Shown: positions 46,906 to 57,700, counted from the stretch's first letter. The stretch is DNA of 64,000 bases from an uncultured bacterium (GCA_963717435.1 OY970332.1:288001-352000); one strand, 5' to 3'. The notes: a model not told the origin generated them from the letters alone. A program made the numbers and translations.

Positions 46906-48405
46906 TTGCAGATTCGACAAGAGACCACTGTGGGTATCTTTATTTTAGCTGCAATTGGTGCGCTATTCATTTTAAGTACACATATAGGTTTTTTTAAGTT
47001 CGATAGAGCCAAGTACAATTCTTATTTTGTATATTTTAACGACGTTTCTGGTCTTTCAAAAAAGGCTGATGTCAAAATCGCGGGCGTTAAAGTTGGGTGG
47101 GTTGACCATGTCAATTTACAAAGCGAAAATCAGGTCAAAGTTCAAACCGCCGTCATGGTTCTCAAAGATTATAAACTCAAATCAGACGCATATGCCATAA
47201 TACGCCAAGAGGGAATCTTGGGTAACAAATATTTAGAAATAGTTCCCGGAACACCTACAGCAGCAGATTTAAAACCTGGCGATTCTATATCAAAACAAGC
47301 GCGCGAGCCTGTCATAATAGATGATATGATGTTCAAAGTTCAGGAAATAGCAAACAACGTCGAACAGGTTAGTAAGTCGCTAAAAGAAGTGTTTGCCGGT
47401 GATGACGGCATAGCGTTATTAAAAACATCTGTTCAAAATTTTAGTAGCGCGGCACAAAAAATTAACGATTTTTCCAATTCACTTGATAGAATTTTATGCT
47501 CAAACGAGCAAAATATTAATGGGATAGTTTCTGAAGTCAGAACTTTAGTTAAAGATCTTAAAGATCAGATTCCTAATACTATTAAGCACTTGGACCAGGA
47601 TATAAGCAAAGCTACCGGTCAAGTCTCAGAGATTGCTGAAAAAATAAATTCCGGTAAAGGGCTAATTGGAAAATTAATAAACGAAGACGAAACTTATAAA
47701 GACATTCAAAGCACTGTAAAAGGCGTAAAATCTTATTTTGATAAAGTTGGCAAGCTTTGTGTGATTTCTGATATCCATTCAGAGAGCATGACCGGTCTTG
47801 CTGAAAAATTCTGCTTTAGGGACAATAAGGGCATATTTAATTTAAGAATTCATCCCAACGAAGATTATTTTTATGTTGCGGGTATAACAACTTCACAAAA
47901 AGGCTATCTTGTCAGATCGGAATCAAATTCTGAATATTTTGATGAGAAAGGCAACCCAATTTTGCCGTCAGTAGAAAACCAAAGACCTCAAACGGCTACT
48001 ATTATGGTCGCTACAACAAAAACAAAAACTGAGATTTTAGACGACTGGAGATTTAACTTACAGTTCGGCAAAATTTTCAGCGATGTAGCTTTTAGAGTCG
48101 GTCTTTTTGAGGGCTTTGCGGGCCTTGCCGCTGACTACGAAGTTCCTATAGGATTTGATAATTTCAGATGGGTCACGACACTAGAGGCGTATGACTTTAG
48201 GGGCCGTAACCACTATTATAATGACGCCAGACCTCATTTAAAATGGCTCAACAGAATGTTTATCGGCAGAAATATATATGTTGTATTTGGAGCCGATGAC
48301 TTTGTTAGCAAATGGAACAAAAATGTATTCTTTGGTGCGGGTATCAGATTCGCTGACGATGACTTGAAATACTTCATGCCAGCGGGAGTATCCGTAATCG
48401 GTTAG
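46906..48405 (+). CDS. MlaD/MCE-family protein with helical stalk and C-terminal beta-rich domain
   Basis: ETTVGIF, F.DVSGL...ADVKIAGVKVG.V, GILG.KYLEI.PG. Confidence 0.85.
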   Translation: MQIRQETTVGIFILAAIGALFILSTHIGFFKFDRAKYNSYFVYFNDVSGLSKKADVKIAGVKVGWVDHVNLQSENQVKVQTAVMVLKDYKLKSDAYAIIRQEGILGNKYLEIVPGTPTAADLKPGDSISKQAREPVIIDDMMFKVQEIANNVEQVSKSLKEVFAGDDGIALLKTSVQNFSSAAQKINDFSNSLDRILCSNEQNINGIVSEVRTLVKDLKDQIPNTIKHLDQDISKATGQVSEIAEKINSGKGLIGKLINEDETYKDIQSTVKGVKSYFDKVGKLCVISDIHSESMTGLAEKFCFRDNKGIFNLRIHPNEDYFYVAGITTSQKGYLVRSESNSEYFDEKGNPILPSVENQRPQTATIMVATTKTKTEILDDWRFNLQFGKIFSDVAFRVGLFEGFAGLAADYEVPIGFDNFRWVTTLEAYDFRGRNHYYNDARPHLKWLNRMFIGRNIYVVFGADDFVSKWNKNVFFGAGIRFADDDLKYFMPAGVSVIG

Positions 48406-49433
48406 GCAAAATTATTTCGGGCCATGCGCTCAGCACAGCTTTTTGCCATAAACTCGTTAACCAATTTTTCCATATAACTAAGTTTATTTAATCTTTCTTT
48501 AGAGCTTTCAACAATTTGGTTATCTACAGGAAACATAAAAGATATTCTCAAGAAAGCCAGCGCGGCGCAGATTTTTGTATAAGCTATAATCGCCGCCTTT
48601 TCAGCAGCGGCCTGCTGCATAAATTTTGTTAAAGCTATGGAACAGTTTTCATATGCCTCTGGTCCGGCAAATTTTGTGCATATAGTTTGAAGCAAATCTT
48701 TGGTAAGTTCAGGCGTAGATGTAGAAAATATGTCAGCTAAAGCTTTCCCAGACTGCCAACAGTTGGTCAAACACTGGCTGGACGCTAACGCAGATTTTAA
48801 TATTACAAGTTTATAGAATAACACTGCCACTATAATAATTATCGCTACAATTATAATTTTGTATCTGTGCCTATACAAAAAATTTCCAGTGGAATTTGAA
48901 TACTCTTTTAATAAATTATATAACTGCTGAACCAGAGTTATATGTATCTCGTTACTATTAGCAGCATTACTTTGACTTTGGCTCGTATTATTTAAATTAT
49001 GGCTGGAATTAACATTTATTGTAAAGTGTGGGGTCTGGCTAGAATTGGGAACCGGGCCAGCAAGATTAAGTGGGACAGCACTCGCCGCACCGCCAACATT
49101 ATTAGCTACCAAGCCAGTGCCCACATTATTTCTTGCAATATTATTAGAGCCATGGAACTCCGCCAGCTTGTTCGCCGCAATCTTTGCAGCAGAAGATAAC
49201 ACTTTCTTATTCGACAAAACTGTGGCCAATAAAGCCCTCTCATCGTTGGTTAGTTCTCCCAATCCAGCTTGAATATTAGAATCAATTTCAGGTTCGAAAC
49301 CGGAGCCATCAACATCCTGTCCCGTATTATTTGCCCCGTTAGTACTGTTCCCATCTGACTTGCTCCAACCCAATCCCGCATTAATATTGATATTATTACA
49401 CAAAATTAGCAGCAAAATTAAAACACGCTTCAT
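48402..49433 (-). CDS. Hypothetical secreted/membrane protein with Asn/Ser-rich region
   Basis: Signal peptide; internal TM IIIVAIIIIVAVLF. Confidence 0.7.
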   Translation of the reverse strand: MKRVLILLLILCNNININAGLGWSKSDGNSTNGANNTGQDVDGSGFEPEIDSNIQAGLGELTNDERALLATVLSNKKVLSSAAKIAANKLAEFHGSNNIARNNVGTGLVANNVGGAASAVPLNLAGPVPNSSQTPHFTINVNSSHNLNNTSQSQSNAANSNEIHITLVQQLYNLLKEYSNSTGNFLYRHRYKIIIVAIIIIVAVLFYKLVILKSALASSQCLTNCWQSGKALADIFSTSTPELTKDLLQTICTKFAGPEAYENCSIALTKFMQQAAAEKAAIIAYTKICAALAFLRISFMFPVDNQIVESSKERLNKLSYMEKLVNEFMAKSCAERMARNNFA

Positions 49434-49763
49434 AATTCAGTCTCCCCCAAGCTCCAACTCCCCTTAATATATTTCCCTTAGAAGATTATAGACCAATAAT
49501 CCCTTAAAATTAAAGAGATAATCCCCAAGTAATTTAATTCTATTATAAAAATCAGCTATTTATACCTGTATTTGGGCAATTTTGGGCGCTATGCTCTAAG
49601 GGCTCAGTTGAGATATAACAGAACCATGCTATAATGTTACTAATAGAAAATAACGAATTAAATCCAAATGACCCGGCTGAACTTAAAATTTTGCAAAATA
49701 GTTTAAGTTCTTCAAACTCAAGCAAGTAACAAATTAATAAAAAAATAATTACAGAAAATTATC

Positions 49764-50540
49764 GTGTATAAAAAAGCTAAAAACTCAGAATTACAGAATA
49801 AACTTGAACTAATAGAGTTTTTGTCTTCGCAACTCACGGATACAAGACTTCAAAAAATCAAAGATAATGCGCGGTTAAGAACAAAATATTTGACTGTTGT
49901 TCTTGAAGATGTGTTCCAGTCCCATAACATGAGCGCAGCTGTAAGGTCTTGTGAGGGTTTTGGAATCCAACAGGTCCATGTAATTGAAGATCGCAACAGG
50001 TACGTTGTTAACCAAAAAGTTGTTAAAGGTGCAGCTGATTGGGTTAATATTATTAAGCATGCTAATTATAGCTCTAATCACTCTAGTCACGACGCTAATT
50101 CAGGCGAAAATAATAACAGTAATATTAATAAAGAAAATTTTGAAAATACTCGTTCATGTTTTGAAAAACTACGTGCAGATGGCTACAGAATTGTGGCAAC
50201 TACTCCGCACGAAAAAGATAAATTAATTTATGATCTTGATCTAGAACCTGGCAAAATTGCTCTTGTTTTTGGAACAGAAGAAACGGGCTTGAGCAAATAT
50301 GCTATGGAAAACGCTGACGAATATGTCAAAATTCCAATGTACGGATTCACTGAAAGCTTTAATATTTCTGTTAGTGTTGCTATATGTCTTTATGAACTTA
50401 CAAAAAGATTGCGCGCGTCTGATATAAATTACAAATTAAGTGAATCAGAAATTATTGATCTTCAACTTGAATGGCTCCGAAAAAGTCTGCCCCATTCGAA
50501 TCTACTTGAAAAATATTTTCTAGAAAAAAAACAGCCATAA
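49764..50540 (+). CDS. TrmH/SpoU-family RNA 2'-O-methyltransferase
   Basis: HNMSAAVRSCEGFG, VFGTEETGLS, IPMYGFTESFNISV. Confidence 0.92.
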   Translation: MYKKAKNSELQNKLELIEFLSSQLTDTRLQKIKDNARLRTKYLTVVLEDVFQSHNMSAAVRSCEGFGIQQVHVIEDRNRYVVNQKVVKGAADWVNIIKHANYSSNHSSHDANSGENNNSNINKENFENTRSCFEKLRADGYRIVATTPHEKDKLIYDLDLEPGKIALVFGTEETGLSKYAMENADEYVKIPMYGFTESFNISVSVAICLYELTKRLRASDINYKLSESEIIDLQLEWLRKSLPHSNLLEKYFLEKKQP

Positions 50541-50648
50541 AATTTATTCACAAATTTCTTGGTGCCAAATAAATAACCGCATGTTAGTATATAGTTAATT
50601 TTTTGAAAAAATTATAAAAAATTATTTTTAAAATTAACTGGAGCTGGC

Positions 50649-51386
50649 ATGGAAAAAGTTATAGAAATAGAACGTCTAGAATATTCAACAGAATCCCAAA
50701 CTTTAAAATTAGATCCGTTAGGTGACGGCATAAGTTCTGTCGAGCTTGTGCGTGTTTCTGGGTCAGATTTGGATGTTGTTAATGCAGCACGCGTAAGTTA
50801 TGGCAAAGTTAGTAATGAAATAACTGAACGTGATAAAAAGTTAATTAATTATTTAATTAAGCACGATCATACAAGTCCATTTGAGCATAACCAACTATCT
50901 TTTAGAATAAAATGCCCACTATTTGTTGCGCGCCAATGGATGCGTCACAGAATGAATTCTTATAACGAAATCAGTTATCGATACGTTGAGTCCCCACTTG
51001 AGTTTTATATTCCAGTAAAATGGCGCTATCAAGATGAAACAAACAGACAGTGTTCTACTGGTGAGTTTGAAGATGATATTGCTTTGATAGAATACAAAAA
51101 AGCTTTAGCAACTTCAGGAGACGTTTATTTAAAACTTTTGGAAAATGGTGTCGCGCGTGAAATTGCACGCGGCGTTTTGCCAATGTGCACTTATACAGAA
51201 TATGTATTTACTTGTAACTTACACTCGCTATTTAATTTCTTAAAACTCAGACTCGGGCCCGGGGCCCAATGGGAAATCAGAAAATACGCCGAGTGCCTAT
51301 TTAAATTGGCGCAGCCACATTTTCCTGCTTCTTTTGAGGGCTGGCAAAAGAAGAACGCAGAATTTGAATTTTTAAAGAATATTTAA
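50649..51386 (+). CDS. thyX: FAD-dependent thymidylate synthase
   Basis: NAARVS, H.SPFEH, RQWMRHR..SYNEIS.RY, RE.AR.VLP, AQWEIR. Confidence 0.96.
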   Translation: MEKVIEIERLEYSTESQTLKLDPLGDGISSVELVRVSGSDLDVVNAARVSYGKVSNEITERDKKLINYLIKHDHTSPFEHNQLSFRIKCPLFVARQWMRHRMNSYNEISYRYVESPLEFYIPVKWRYQDETNRQCSTGEFEDDIALIEYKKALATSGDVYLKLLENGVAREIARGVLPMCTYTEYVFTCNLHSLFNFLKLRLGPGAQWEIRKYAECLFKLAQPHFPASFEGWQKKNAEFEFLKNI

Positions 51387-51417
51387 TTTTAATTATTTTT
51401 AATTATCGGGAGATAAC

Positions 51418-52224
51418 ATGAAACAACAAACAATTATAAAAACTGGATTATTACTATTTTCAGTTTTTGTGCTGGGAGCGTTTACGAGAAATTATCTATG
51501 TTTATGTGGTACATGGAAAGAGACGGGGAAAAACATGGCAAAATATTTTTTCTGGAACAAAAAATCAGATACAAAATCTAACTGCTGCCAAACAAATTGC
51601 TCAAAAAAATCTGACTCAGAATCCTCCAGAAGAAACCTGGAGATGGCTGAGAAAACGAGAACAACAGAATACCCTATTTTGGACATAATAAAAAATAGAT
51701 GGTCACCAAGGGCCATGTCTGGTGAAACTATAACAAAAACTGAGCTATTTACGCTGTTTGAAGCAGCAAGATGGGCCGCTTCTTCTTATAATAATCAACC
51801 TGAAAGATTTATTTACGCAACCAGAGACAGTAAAAACTGGGAAAGGTTCTTGAATCTATTGGTACCATTTAACCAAATGTGGGCAAAAAATGCTGGGGCT
51901 CTAATAGTTGTTGTCTCAAAAAACAGCTTCGATCATAGCGGCGAATTTATGCCAACCCACTCTTTTGATACAGGCGCGGCTTGTGCAAATATGGCCCTAC
52001 AGGGTTCAGAAATGGGGCTTGTGGTTCATGGCATGGGCGGGTTTGATTATAACAGGGCTAAAACAGAGCTTAATATACCTGAGGGATACGCTGTCGAAGC
52101 TATGTTTGCCATTGGCAAACCTGGAAACGCAGATATGCTTCCTGAGCAACTACGTGGCGGCGAAACCCCATCCGGGAGAAAGGCATTTGCCCAAATCGCA
52201 TGCGAAGATAAGTTTAACTTTTAG
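51418..52224 (+). CDS. Nitroreductase family protein with ~75-aa N-terminal signal/Cys-rich extension
   Basis: RWSPRAM, EAARWA.SSYN.QP, FD.GAA, HGMGGFD. Confidence 0.85.
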   Translation: MKQQTIIKTGLLLFSVFVLGAFTRNYLCLCGTWKETGKNMAKYFFWNKKSDTKSNCCQTNCSKKSDSESSRRNLEMAEKTRTTEYPILDIIKNRWSPRAMSGETITKTELFTLFEAARWAASSYNNQPERFIYATRDSKNWERFLNLLVPFNQMWAKNAGALIVVVSKNSFDHSGEFMPTHSFDTGAACANMALQGSEMGLVVHGMGGFDYNRAKTELNIPEGYAVEAMFAIGKPGNADMLPEQLRGGETPSGRKAFAQIACEDKFNF

Positions 52225-52231
52225 TTAAAGC

Positions 52232-52249
52232 GGGGGTATAATTACCCCC
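52232..52249 (+). terminator. Terminator-like hairpin
   Basis: GGGGGTA-TAAT-TACCCCC just after the nitroreductase stop. Confidence 0.5.
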
Positions 52250-52267
52250 CTTGAAATAAGATAATTT

Positions 52268-52296
52268 TTGACATTTCGAGAGATTTTGGGCATAAT
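52268..52296 (+). promoter_or_regulatory. Putative sigma70 promoter of rpmA
   Basis: TTGACA-N17-CATAAT. Confidence 0.65.
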
Positions 52297-52381
52297 AAAC
52301 CTTGAACATGAAAAATGAATATAAAAATCTTATCTGTAAATCAAATTTCTTTAAATTTTTAAGCACAAATAAAGGATTTCA

Positions 52382-52630
52382 ATGGCAACGAGTAAATCTG
52401 GCGGTTCTACCCAGAATGGTCGTGACAGTCAAAGCAAACGTTTAGGCGTAAAGCTATACGACGGCGAACAAGTAACAGGTGGCGAAATAATAGTTCGTCA
52501 AAGAGGTACACAATTTCACCCTGGAAAGAATGTGGGCTTGGGTTCTGACTACACAATTTTTGCAGTTGGACAAGGTTCAGTTAAGTTCCATTGGGGCAGA
52601 AAAGGCAGAAAATACGTTTCTGTTGTCTAA
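52382..52630 (+). CDS. rpmA: 50S ribosomal protein L27
   Basis: [36 protein letters not shown]. Confidence 0.98.
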   Translation: MATSKSGGSTQNGRDSQSKRLGVKLYDGEQVTGGEIIVRQRGTQFHPGKNVGLGSDYTIFAVGQGSVKFHWGRKGRKYVSVV

Positions 52631-52685
52631 GCTACCATTTTCCCAGTTTTAGTAAGTAATTTATTTCTTTCAGTCGGAGAGTGAA

Positions 52686-53570
52686 ATGATTGATTTTCTG
52701 AAGTATAGAACAGCATGCCTGATATTTTCAGTGTTGATATTTGTGACTTTTATAGGCGCATGTGTTTATAAGTACCAAACAACCGGAAGAATTTTTAACT
52801 ACAGCGTTGATTTTACCGGAGGAACCCAGGTTCTATTTGGTTTCTCAAAGCCAGTAGTGTCGTCTGAAATATCAAGTATATTAAATAAAAATGGATGGAC
52901 GGGAGCAACAATCAGAGAATTCTCTCAGACAGAGTTACTTGTCAGAACAAAGGAAGTAGCTGAAGATGTCAGCGGCCTAGCAGAGAAAATGCGCTCTGAC
53001 TTACAACAGGCTCTTCCTGAAAACACCGTTGAAATAAAACAAACTGACAGCGTCGGGGCTGGTATCGGGGCTTCTTTGAGATTGAAATCTTTGCAGGCTA
53101 TACTTGCAGGACTTGTCTTGATGTTGCTATTTATAGCATTCAGATTCTGGTCATTTGCCTACGGGATGGGAGCGTTGGTCTCATTATTTCATGATGCTAT
53201 TGTAATCTTGGCCGTGTTCTTGTTATTGGACAAAGAGATATCGATAAATATTATCGGCGCAATTATGACAATATTGGGTTATTCGATTAACGACACAATT
53301 GTTATATTTTCAAGAATCAGAGAAAACGTTAAAAAGTTGCATAATAAATCGATGTACGAAATAGTTAATATAAGTATTAACGAAACACTTAGAAGAACAT
53401 TACTTTTAACTACAGCGACATTGCTTGTTGTTATATCATTGTTCTTATTTGGTGGCGAAGTACTAAGAGACTTCTCTCTTGCATTGCTGGTTGGTATGAT
53501 TTTTGGTACATACTCTTCAGTTTATATAGCAAACCCTGTAATGTTGTTTTTGTTAAAGGGTAAAAAGTAG
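52686..53570 (+). CDS. secF: Protein translocase subunit SecF
   Basis: VDFTGG, HD, GYSINDTIVIF.RIREN, TL.RT, GTYSS..IA. Confidence 0.95.
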   Translation: MIDFLKYRTACLIFSVLIFVTFIGACVYKYQTTGRIFNYSVDFTGGTQVLFGFSKPVVSSEISSILNKNGWTGATIREFSQTELLVRTKEVAEDVSGLAEKMRSDLQQALPENTVEIKQTDSVGAGIGASLRLKSLQAILAGLVLMLLFIAFRFWSFAYGMGALVSLFHDAIVILAVFLLLDKEISINIIGAIMTILGYSINDTIVIFSRIRENVKKLHNKSMYEIVNISINETLRRTLLLTTATLLVVISLFLFGGEVLRDFSLALLVGMIFGTYSSVYIANPVMLFLLKGKK

Positions 53571-53620
53571 ATTAAATTAATTTTATATTCTAAGTTATAA
53601 ACCAAAGTTAGAAATCAAAC

Positions 53621-53657
53621 TGCGGCCCATAATAATAAAAAAGTGATATGGGCCGCA
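53621..53657. terminator. 11-bp stem hairpin between secF and rho
   Basis: TGCGGCCCATA-N15-TATGGGCCGCA. Confidence 0.5.
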
Positions 53658-53820
53658 CAATCAAAAGAAAAAAAAGAGTAGTTTCTATATAATTACAAAT
53701 CCAAAAGATCTTTGTCGTCAAGCAGAAAAACAAATTAGCAGTTAAATTTGCATAATAAAATTTATATAAAAATAATAAATCGCGGGGGAAAAATAATATG
53801 TTTTTACAGGAGATTCATGC

Positions 53821-55131
53821 ATGAGAGCTCAAGAATTAAAAGAGATGAGCCTTAATGATCTACACATTCTGGCAAAAAAGCTAGGAATAGTTGGAGCAAC
53901 TTTATTATCAAAAGCTGATTTGATCAGTAAAATTATCGAATTTGAAACAAATCCTGACAAAGAACCCGAAGTTGAAGGTGTTCTTGAAAAGCTTCCCGAT
54001 GGATTTGGTTTTCTACGTTCAGCACGATTTGATTATGTTTCTGGACCAGACGACATATATGTCTCACCATCCCAAATTAGAAGATTTAACTTAAGAACAG
54101 GGGATATGGTTTCTGGTGTAATCAGAAAACCAAAAGATAATGAAAAATATTTTGCATTATTAAAAATCAATAAAGTAAATCAACAGGATCCTGCACTATT
54201 ATCTGACAGGCCCATGTTTGACAGACTTACTCCATTACATCCAAATCAAAAATTTAATCTGGAATACGATCCTAACTATATTTCAACACGTGTTATGGAT
54301 CTTTTCACGCCAATTGGTAAAGGACAGCGTGGTCTGATTGTTGCACCCCCAAAAGCGGGTAAAACTGTTTTGTTAAAAGAGATTGCAAAGACTATAGTCG
54401 CAAATCACCCTGAGGTTTATCTTATTGTTCTTCTAATTGACGAACGCCCTGAAGAAGTCTCTGATATGCGCCGAATTATTAAAGGCAATAACGCCGAAGT
54501 TATAAGCTCGACGTTTGATGAGGCTGCTGAAAGACACGTTCAGGTTGCTGAAATAATTTTGGAAAAAGCTAAAAGATTCGTAGAATCAGGACAACATGTT
54601 GTAATCTTGCTTGATGCAATCACAAGACTTGCTCGTGCATACAACACAATCGCTCCGTCATCAGGAAAAATTCTTACTGGTGGTATCGACGCCAACGCGT
54701 TACAACATCCAAAGAGATTTTTTGGTGCCGCAAGAAACACAGAAGAAGGCGGCTCCCTTACAATTATTGCAACAGCTTTAATTGAAACAGGTTCTCGTAT
54801 GGACGAAGTTATTTACGAAGAGTTTAAGGGTACTGGTAACATGGAAATTCACCTGAGCCGTAAACTTGCTAATCGTAGAACGTTCCCTGCGTTTGATCTG
54901 CTTCTATCTGGTACAAGACGTGAAGAGTTGCTTCTTTCTGAAGCTGATTTAAACAAAGTTTGGATCTTGAGAAAGTTCTTATCAACCATGAACACTGTTG
55001 AGGGAATGGAATTCTTAATCGAAAGAATTAAGAAATACAAGACAAACGAAGAGTTTATCGACGCTATGAATAAGAAAAATGGTTCTGCCTTGCCTACAGG
55101 CAGTTCAAATGGCAGTAACGGCAATATCTAA
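53821..55131 (+). CDS. rho: Transcription termination factor Rho
   Basis: [61 protein letters not shown]. Confidence 0.98.
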   Translation: MRAQELKEMSLNDLHILAKKLGIVGATLLSKADLISKIIEFETNPDKEPEVEGVLEKLPDGFGFLRSARFDYVSGPDDIYVSPSQIRRFNLRTGDMVSGVIRKPKDNEKYFALLKINKVNQQDPALLSDRPMFDRLTPLHPNQKFNLEYDPNYISTRVMDLFTPIGKGQRGLIVAPPKAGKTVLLKEIAKTIVANHPEVYLIVLLIDERPEEVSDMRRIIKGNNAEVISSTFDEAAERHVQVAEIILEKAKRFVESGQHVVILLDAITRLARAYNTIAPSSGKILTGGIDANALQHPKRFFGAARNTEEGGSLTIIATALIETGSRMDEVIYEEFKGTGNMEIHLSRKLANRRTFPAFDLLLSGTRREELLLSEADLNKVWILRKFLSTMNTVEGMEFLIERIKKYKTNEEFIDAMNKKNGSALPTGSSNGSNGNI

Positions 55132-55139
55132 TTAATTTT

Positions 55140-55185
55140 GGCCCTTAAGTATGCGTGTATTTTTAAAGCACAAATCTTAAGGGCC
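55140..55185 (+). terminator. Hairpin after rho
   Basis: GGCCCTTAAG...CTTAAGGGCC followed by TATTTGTTTT. Confidence 0.55.
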
Positions 55186-55267
55186 TATTTGTTTTAAAAA
55201 AATTCAGAATATAATACAGTGACTTAGAAGTATTAAATTATTTTTAATAATTTTTCTGGATTAGCCC

Positions 55268-55612
55268 ATGAAAAAGTTTATTTTTATCGTGTTTTTGCTT
55301 TTAGGAATAAATTATATTCAGGCTCTTAAAGTCACGTTGCCAAGCGCAACTGTTTTAATTTCAAGATTCTTGTCGACACGTGAAAAAACAAATCATGCAC
55401 TATACGATTATCTGATAAATCAAACAGAATTAGTGATAAAATTGGAATATAAAACAATAGAAACTTATGAAATCAGAGCTATATTAGACAGAGTTATAGA
55501 AACTATGCTCGATCCTGAAATTGAAGAAAAAGCGATGCAAAAAAGACGAGAAATATTATTAATTATTTTGCGAGATTCTTATGAAGCAGCAAAAGAACAA
55601 GAGCTTTTATAA
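55268..55612 (+). CDS. Small secreted hypothetical protein (paralog of the 56294 CDS)
   Basis: Signal peptide MKKFIFIVFLLLGINYIQA; aligns by eye with the 56294 protein. Confidence 0.7.
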   Translation: MKKFIFIVFLLLGINYIQALKVTLPSATVLISRFLSTREKTNHALYDYLINQTELVIKLEYKTIETYEIRAILDRVIETMLDPEIEEKAMQKRREILLIILRDSYEAAKEQELL

Positions 55613-55644
55613 ACATAAAATTAAAATATTAAAAGAAAAAAACT

Positions 55645-56286
55645 ATGACAATTATCAAAACAAAAAAAATCACTCTCAAAATTCTTAAAGCAAGTTTTAT
55701 TGCATTTTGTTTTAATTCACTAGCCATGGAAAGATCTGACAGATCTGACAGATCCCAAGAATACTCACGCTCTTACGGCAGTTATGGTTCATATGGCTCA
55801 TGCGGCTCATACGCCTCCATCCCATCATTTCAAGAAGTATTTCAAGAGAATTCAAAAGAATATGCGGAGGCAAAAGCAAAATTTGAAACTGAATTTATAG
55901 ACCGTAAGCCAGAACATCTGCGCCTAAGTACAGCTTTTGGATTTTTGTTTAATAGCCAAAGCGCGCACGCAGAACTTATTGGTTGGCTGAAAGCAAATAT
56001 AGAAAAATATAAAGATTATATTAACGACAAAATTTACCACAAAATTAATAACGAATTTACTGAAAGTGACGCAACTCCGCTTAATCTTGCAATAAATTAT
56101 AATTCTCCAGAAATCGTAAGAATATTATTGGCTAACGGGGCAATTATTAACTACAGACCCGACAAACAAGATAAACATGGCAAAAAATTAGTAAGTTTAT
56201 TGGAAATCGCAAGAAGACTTAAAAACAAAGAGATTGTGGCGATATTAGAAGAACATGAAAAAAAGATAAAAAAACATGAAAAATAG
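55645..56286 (+). CDS. Secreted ankyrin-repeat protein with SYG repeats
   Basis: SLA|ME signal; TPLNLAI..NSPEIVRILLANGA.IN; SLLEIA...NKEIVAIL. Confidence 0.8.
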   Translation: MTIIKTKKITLKILKASFIAFCFNSLAMERSDRSDRSQEYSRSYGSYGSYGSCGSYASIPSFQEVFQENSKEYAEAKAKFETEFIDRKPEHLRLSTAFGFLFNSQSAHAELIGWLKANIEKYKDYINDKIYHKINNEFTESDATPLNLAINYNSPEIVRILLANGAIINYRPDKQDKHGKKLVSLLEIARRLKNKEIVAILEEHEKKIKKHEK

Positions 56287-56293
56287 GTTATAT

Positions 56294-56656
56294 ATGAAAA
56301 AATTACTTTTTGGCGCTTTATTATTAAATATAATCTTGTTCACAAGTGCTCACACTTTAAAAGCTGTAATATCAACTTTGCCCTGTGCCAAAGTTCTCGA
56401 TTGTCGTTTGAGAACTAACGGATTTGGTTATTTTTTGGATAATACACAACTTATTGCTCAATTAGCAAATAAGAATTTAGATACTATGAAAGTTATATTA
56501 ATATTGGGCCAAGCTATAAGAGAGTATAGAAATTGCGCCCAAGACGACGCGCCCAACATGCTTTCGAGTAGATTTCAAATACTTTCTCTTATTTTACACG
56601 GTTCCCAGCCAGCTATTGATGAGCTTAATTTACTTAGAGAAGTTTTAAGCTTTTAA
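56294..56656 (+). CDS. Small secreted hypothetical protein (paralog of the 55268 CDS)
   Basis: MKKLLFGALLLNIILF signal; TLP.A.VL..R motif shared with the 55268 protein. Confidence 0.7.
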   Translation: MKKLLFGALLLNIILFTSAHTLKAVISTLPCAKVLDCRLRTNGFGYFLDNTQLIAQLANKNLDTMKVILILGQAIREYRNCAQDDAPNMLSSRFQILSLILHGSQPAIDELNLLREVLSF

Positions 56657-56674
56657 AATTATTATTATTTAAAC

Positions 56675-57700
56675 TTAAGAAAGTTTAATGTCTAAGTAAT
56701 AATCATCAAACTTGTTTTGCTGAGCAAGATAATGTCCTACAAAAGCTATCATGGCAGCATTATCTGTGCAAAATTTAGGTGATGGGGAATAAAAACTTAG
56801 GTTATTATTTTGGGCAAATTCTACAAATCTGTTTTTAATATACTTGTTACAAGCAACACCGCCAACAAAAGTAATCGCGCGCACTTCAGGATATTTTTTC
56901 AAAGCTAACTGCAAGCGCTTTTGAAATATATCAGCCACGCAAACTAAGAGCGAACTGGAGACATCAACCATTAATTCTTTGTCGTCAGGTTTTAAAAATT
57001 TCTTAGATTTTATGTCATAAGCACCGAGCTCGACAAGATTATATAAAACCGCAGTTTTTAAACCAGAAAAGCTAAAATCTAAATTATTGTGAGTTAATCT
57101 TGGGTATTTATAAATATCCTGAAAGCCGTTTTCGGCAGCAAGTTTTTCAATTATTGGCCCGCCAGGGTAACCAAGATCCATGAGTTTGGAAATTTTATCG
57201 AACGCCTCGCCTGAAGCATCATCAAGCGTCTGCCCTATGAGTTCTATTTCACCATAATTTTTTACTAAATACATAGATGTGTGACCGCCAGAAGCCGTAA
57301 GACAAATATGGGGGAACTCTGGTGTGTTTTCCAAGAAACTTGAAAAGACATGCCCCTCTAGGTGATTAACACCTATAATTTTTTTAGATTTTGCCCAAGC
57401 CATACTTTTGGCAAAATTTAACCCGATTAATAGAGAACCTGGTAACCCCGGCCTGTTAGTAACAGCAAAAACGTCTATATCATCAAGGTTTTTGCCAGAT
57501 TTTGTCAAAGCTTCTTGAACTATATAATTTATTTTTTCTATGTGGGACCTAGATGCTATTTCGGGAACAACACCGCCATACTTTTTGTGCAGCTCAATCT
57601 GGGAATATAACTCACTTGAGAGTACGCGCTTATCTGTTTCATAAACGGCGGCGGCTGTTTCGTCGCAAGATGTTTCGATTCCTAATACAGTCAAATTCAT
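56675..57700 (-). CDS. tsaD: tRNA N6-adenosine threonylcarbamoyltransferase TsaD
   Basis: LGIETSCDET, GGVVPEIASR.H, NHLEGH, SGGHT, DD..GEAFDK, FSFSGLKT, TDNAAMIA. Confidence 0.97.
   Translation of the reverse strand: MNLTVLGIETSCDETAAAVYETDKRVLSSELYSQIELHKKYGGVVPEIASRSHIEKINYIVQEALTKSGKNLDDIDVFAVTNRPGLPGSLLIGLNFAKSMAWAKSKKIIGVNHLEGHVFSSFLENTPEFPHICLTASGGHTSMYLVKNYGEIELIGQTLDDASGEAFDKISKLMDLGYPGGPIIEKLAAENGFQDIYKYPRLTHNNLDFSFSGLKTAVLYNLVELGAYDIKSKKFLKPDDKELMVDVSSSLLVCVADIFQKRLQLALKKYPEVRAITFVGGVACNKYIKNRFVEFAQNNNLSFYSPSPKFCTDNAAMIAFVGHYLAQQNKFDDYYLDIKLS

Noticed and set aside
50058-50150. Asn/Ser-rich insertion in the TrmH-family protein
   Set aside because: Low-complexity loop expansion unrelated to the repeat family; no intein motifs
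39000-51386. Co-occurrence of tdk and thyX
   Set aside because: Salvage plus de novo dTMP routes coexist in many bacteria; not unusual enough
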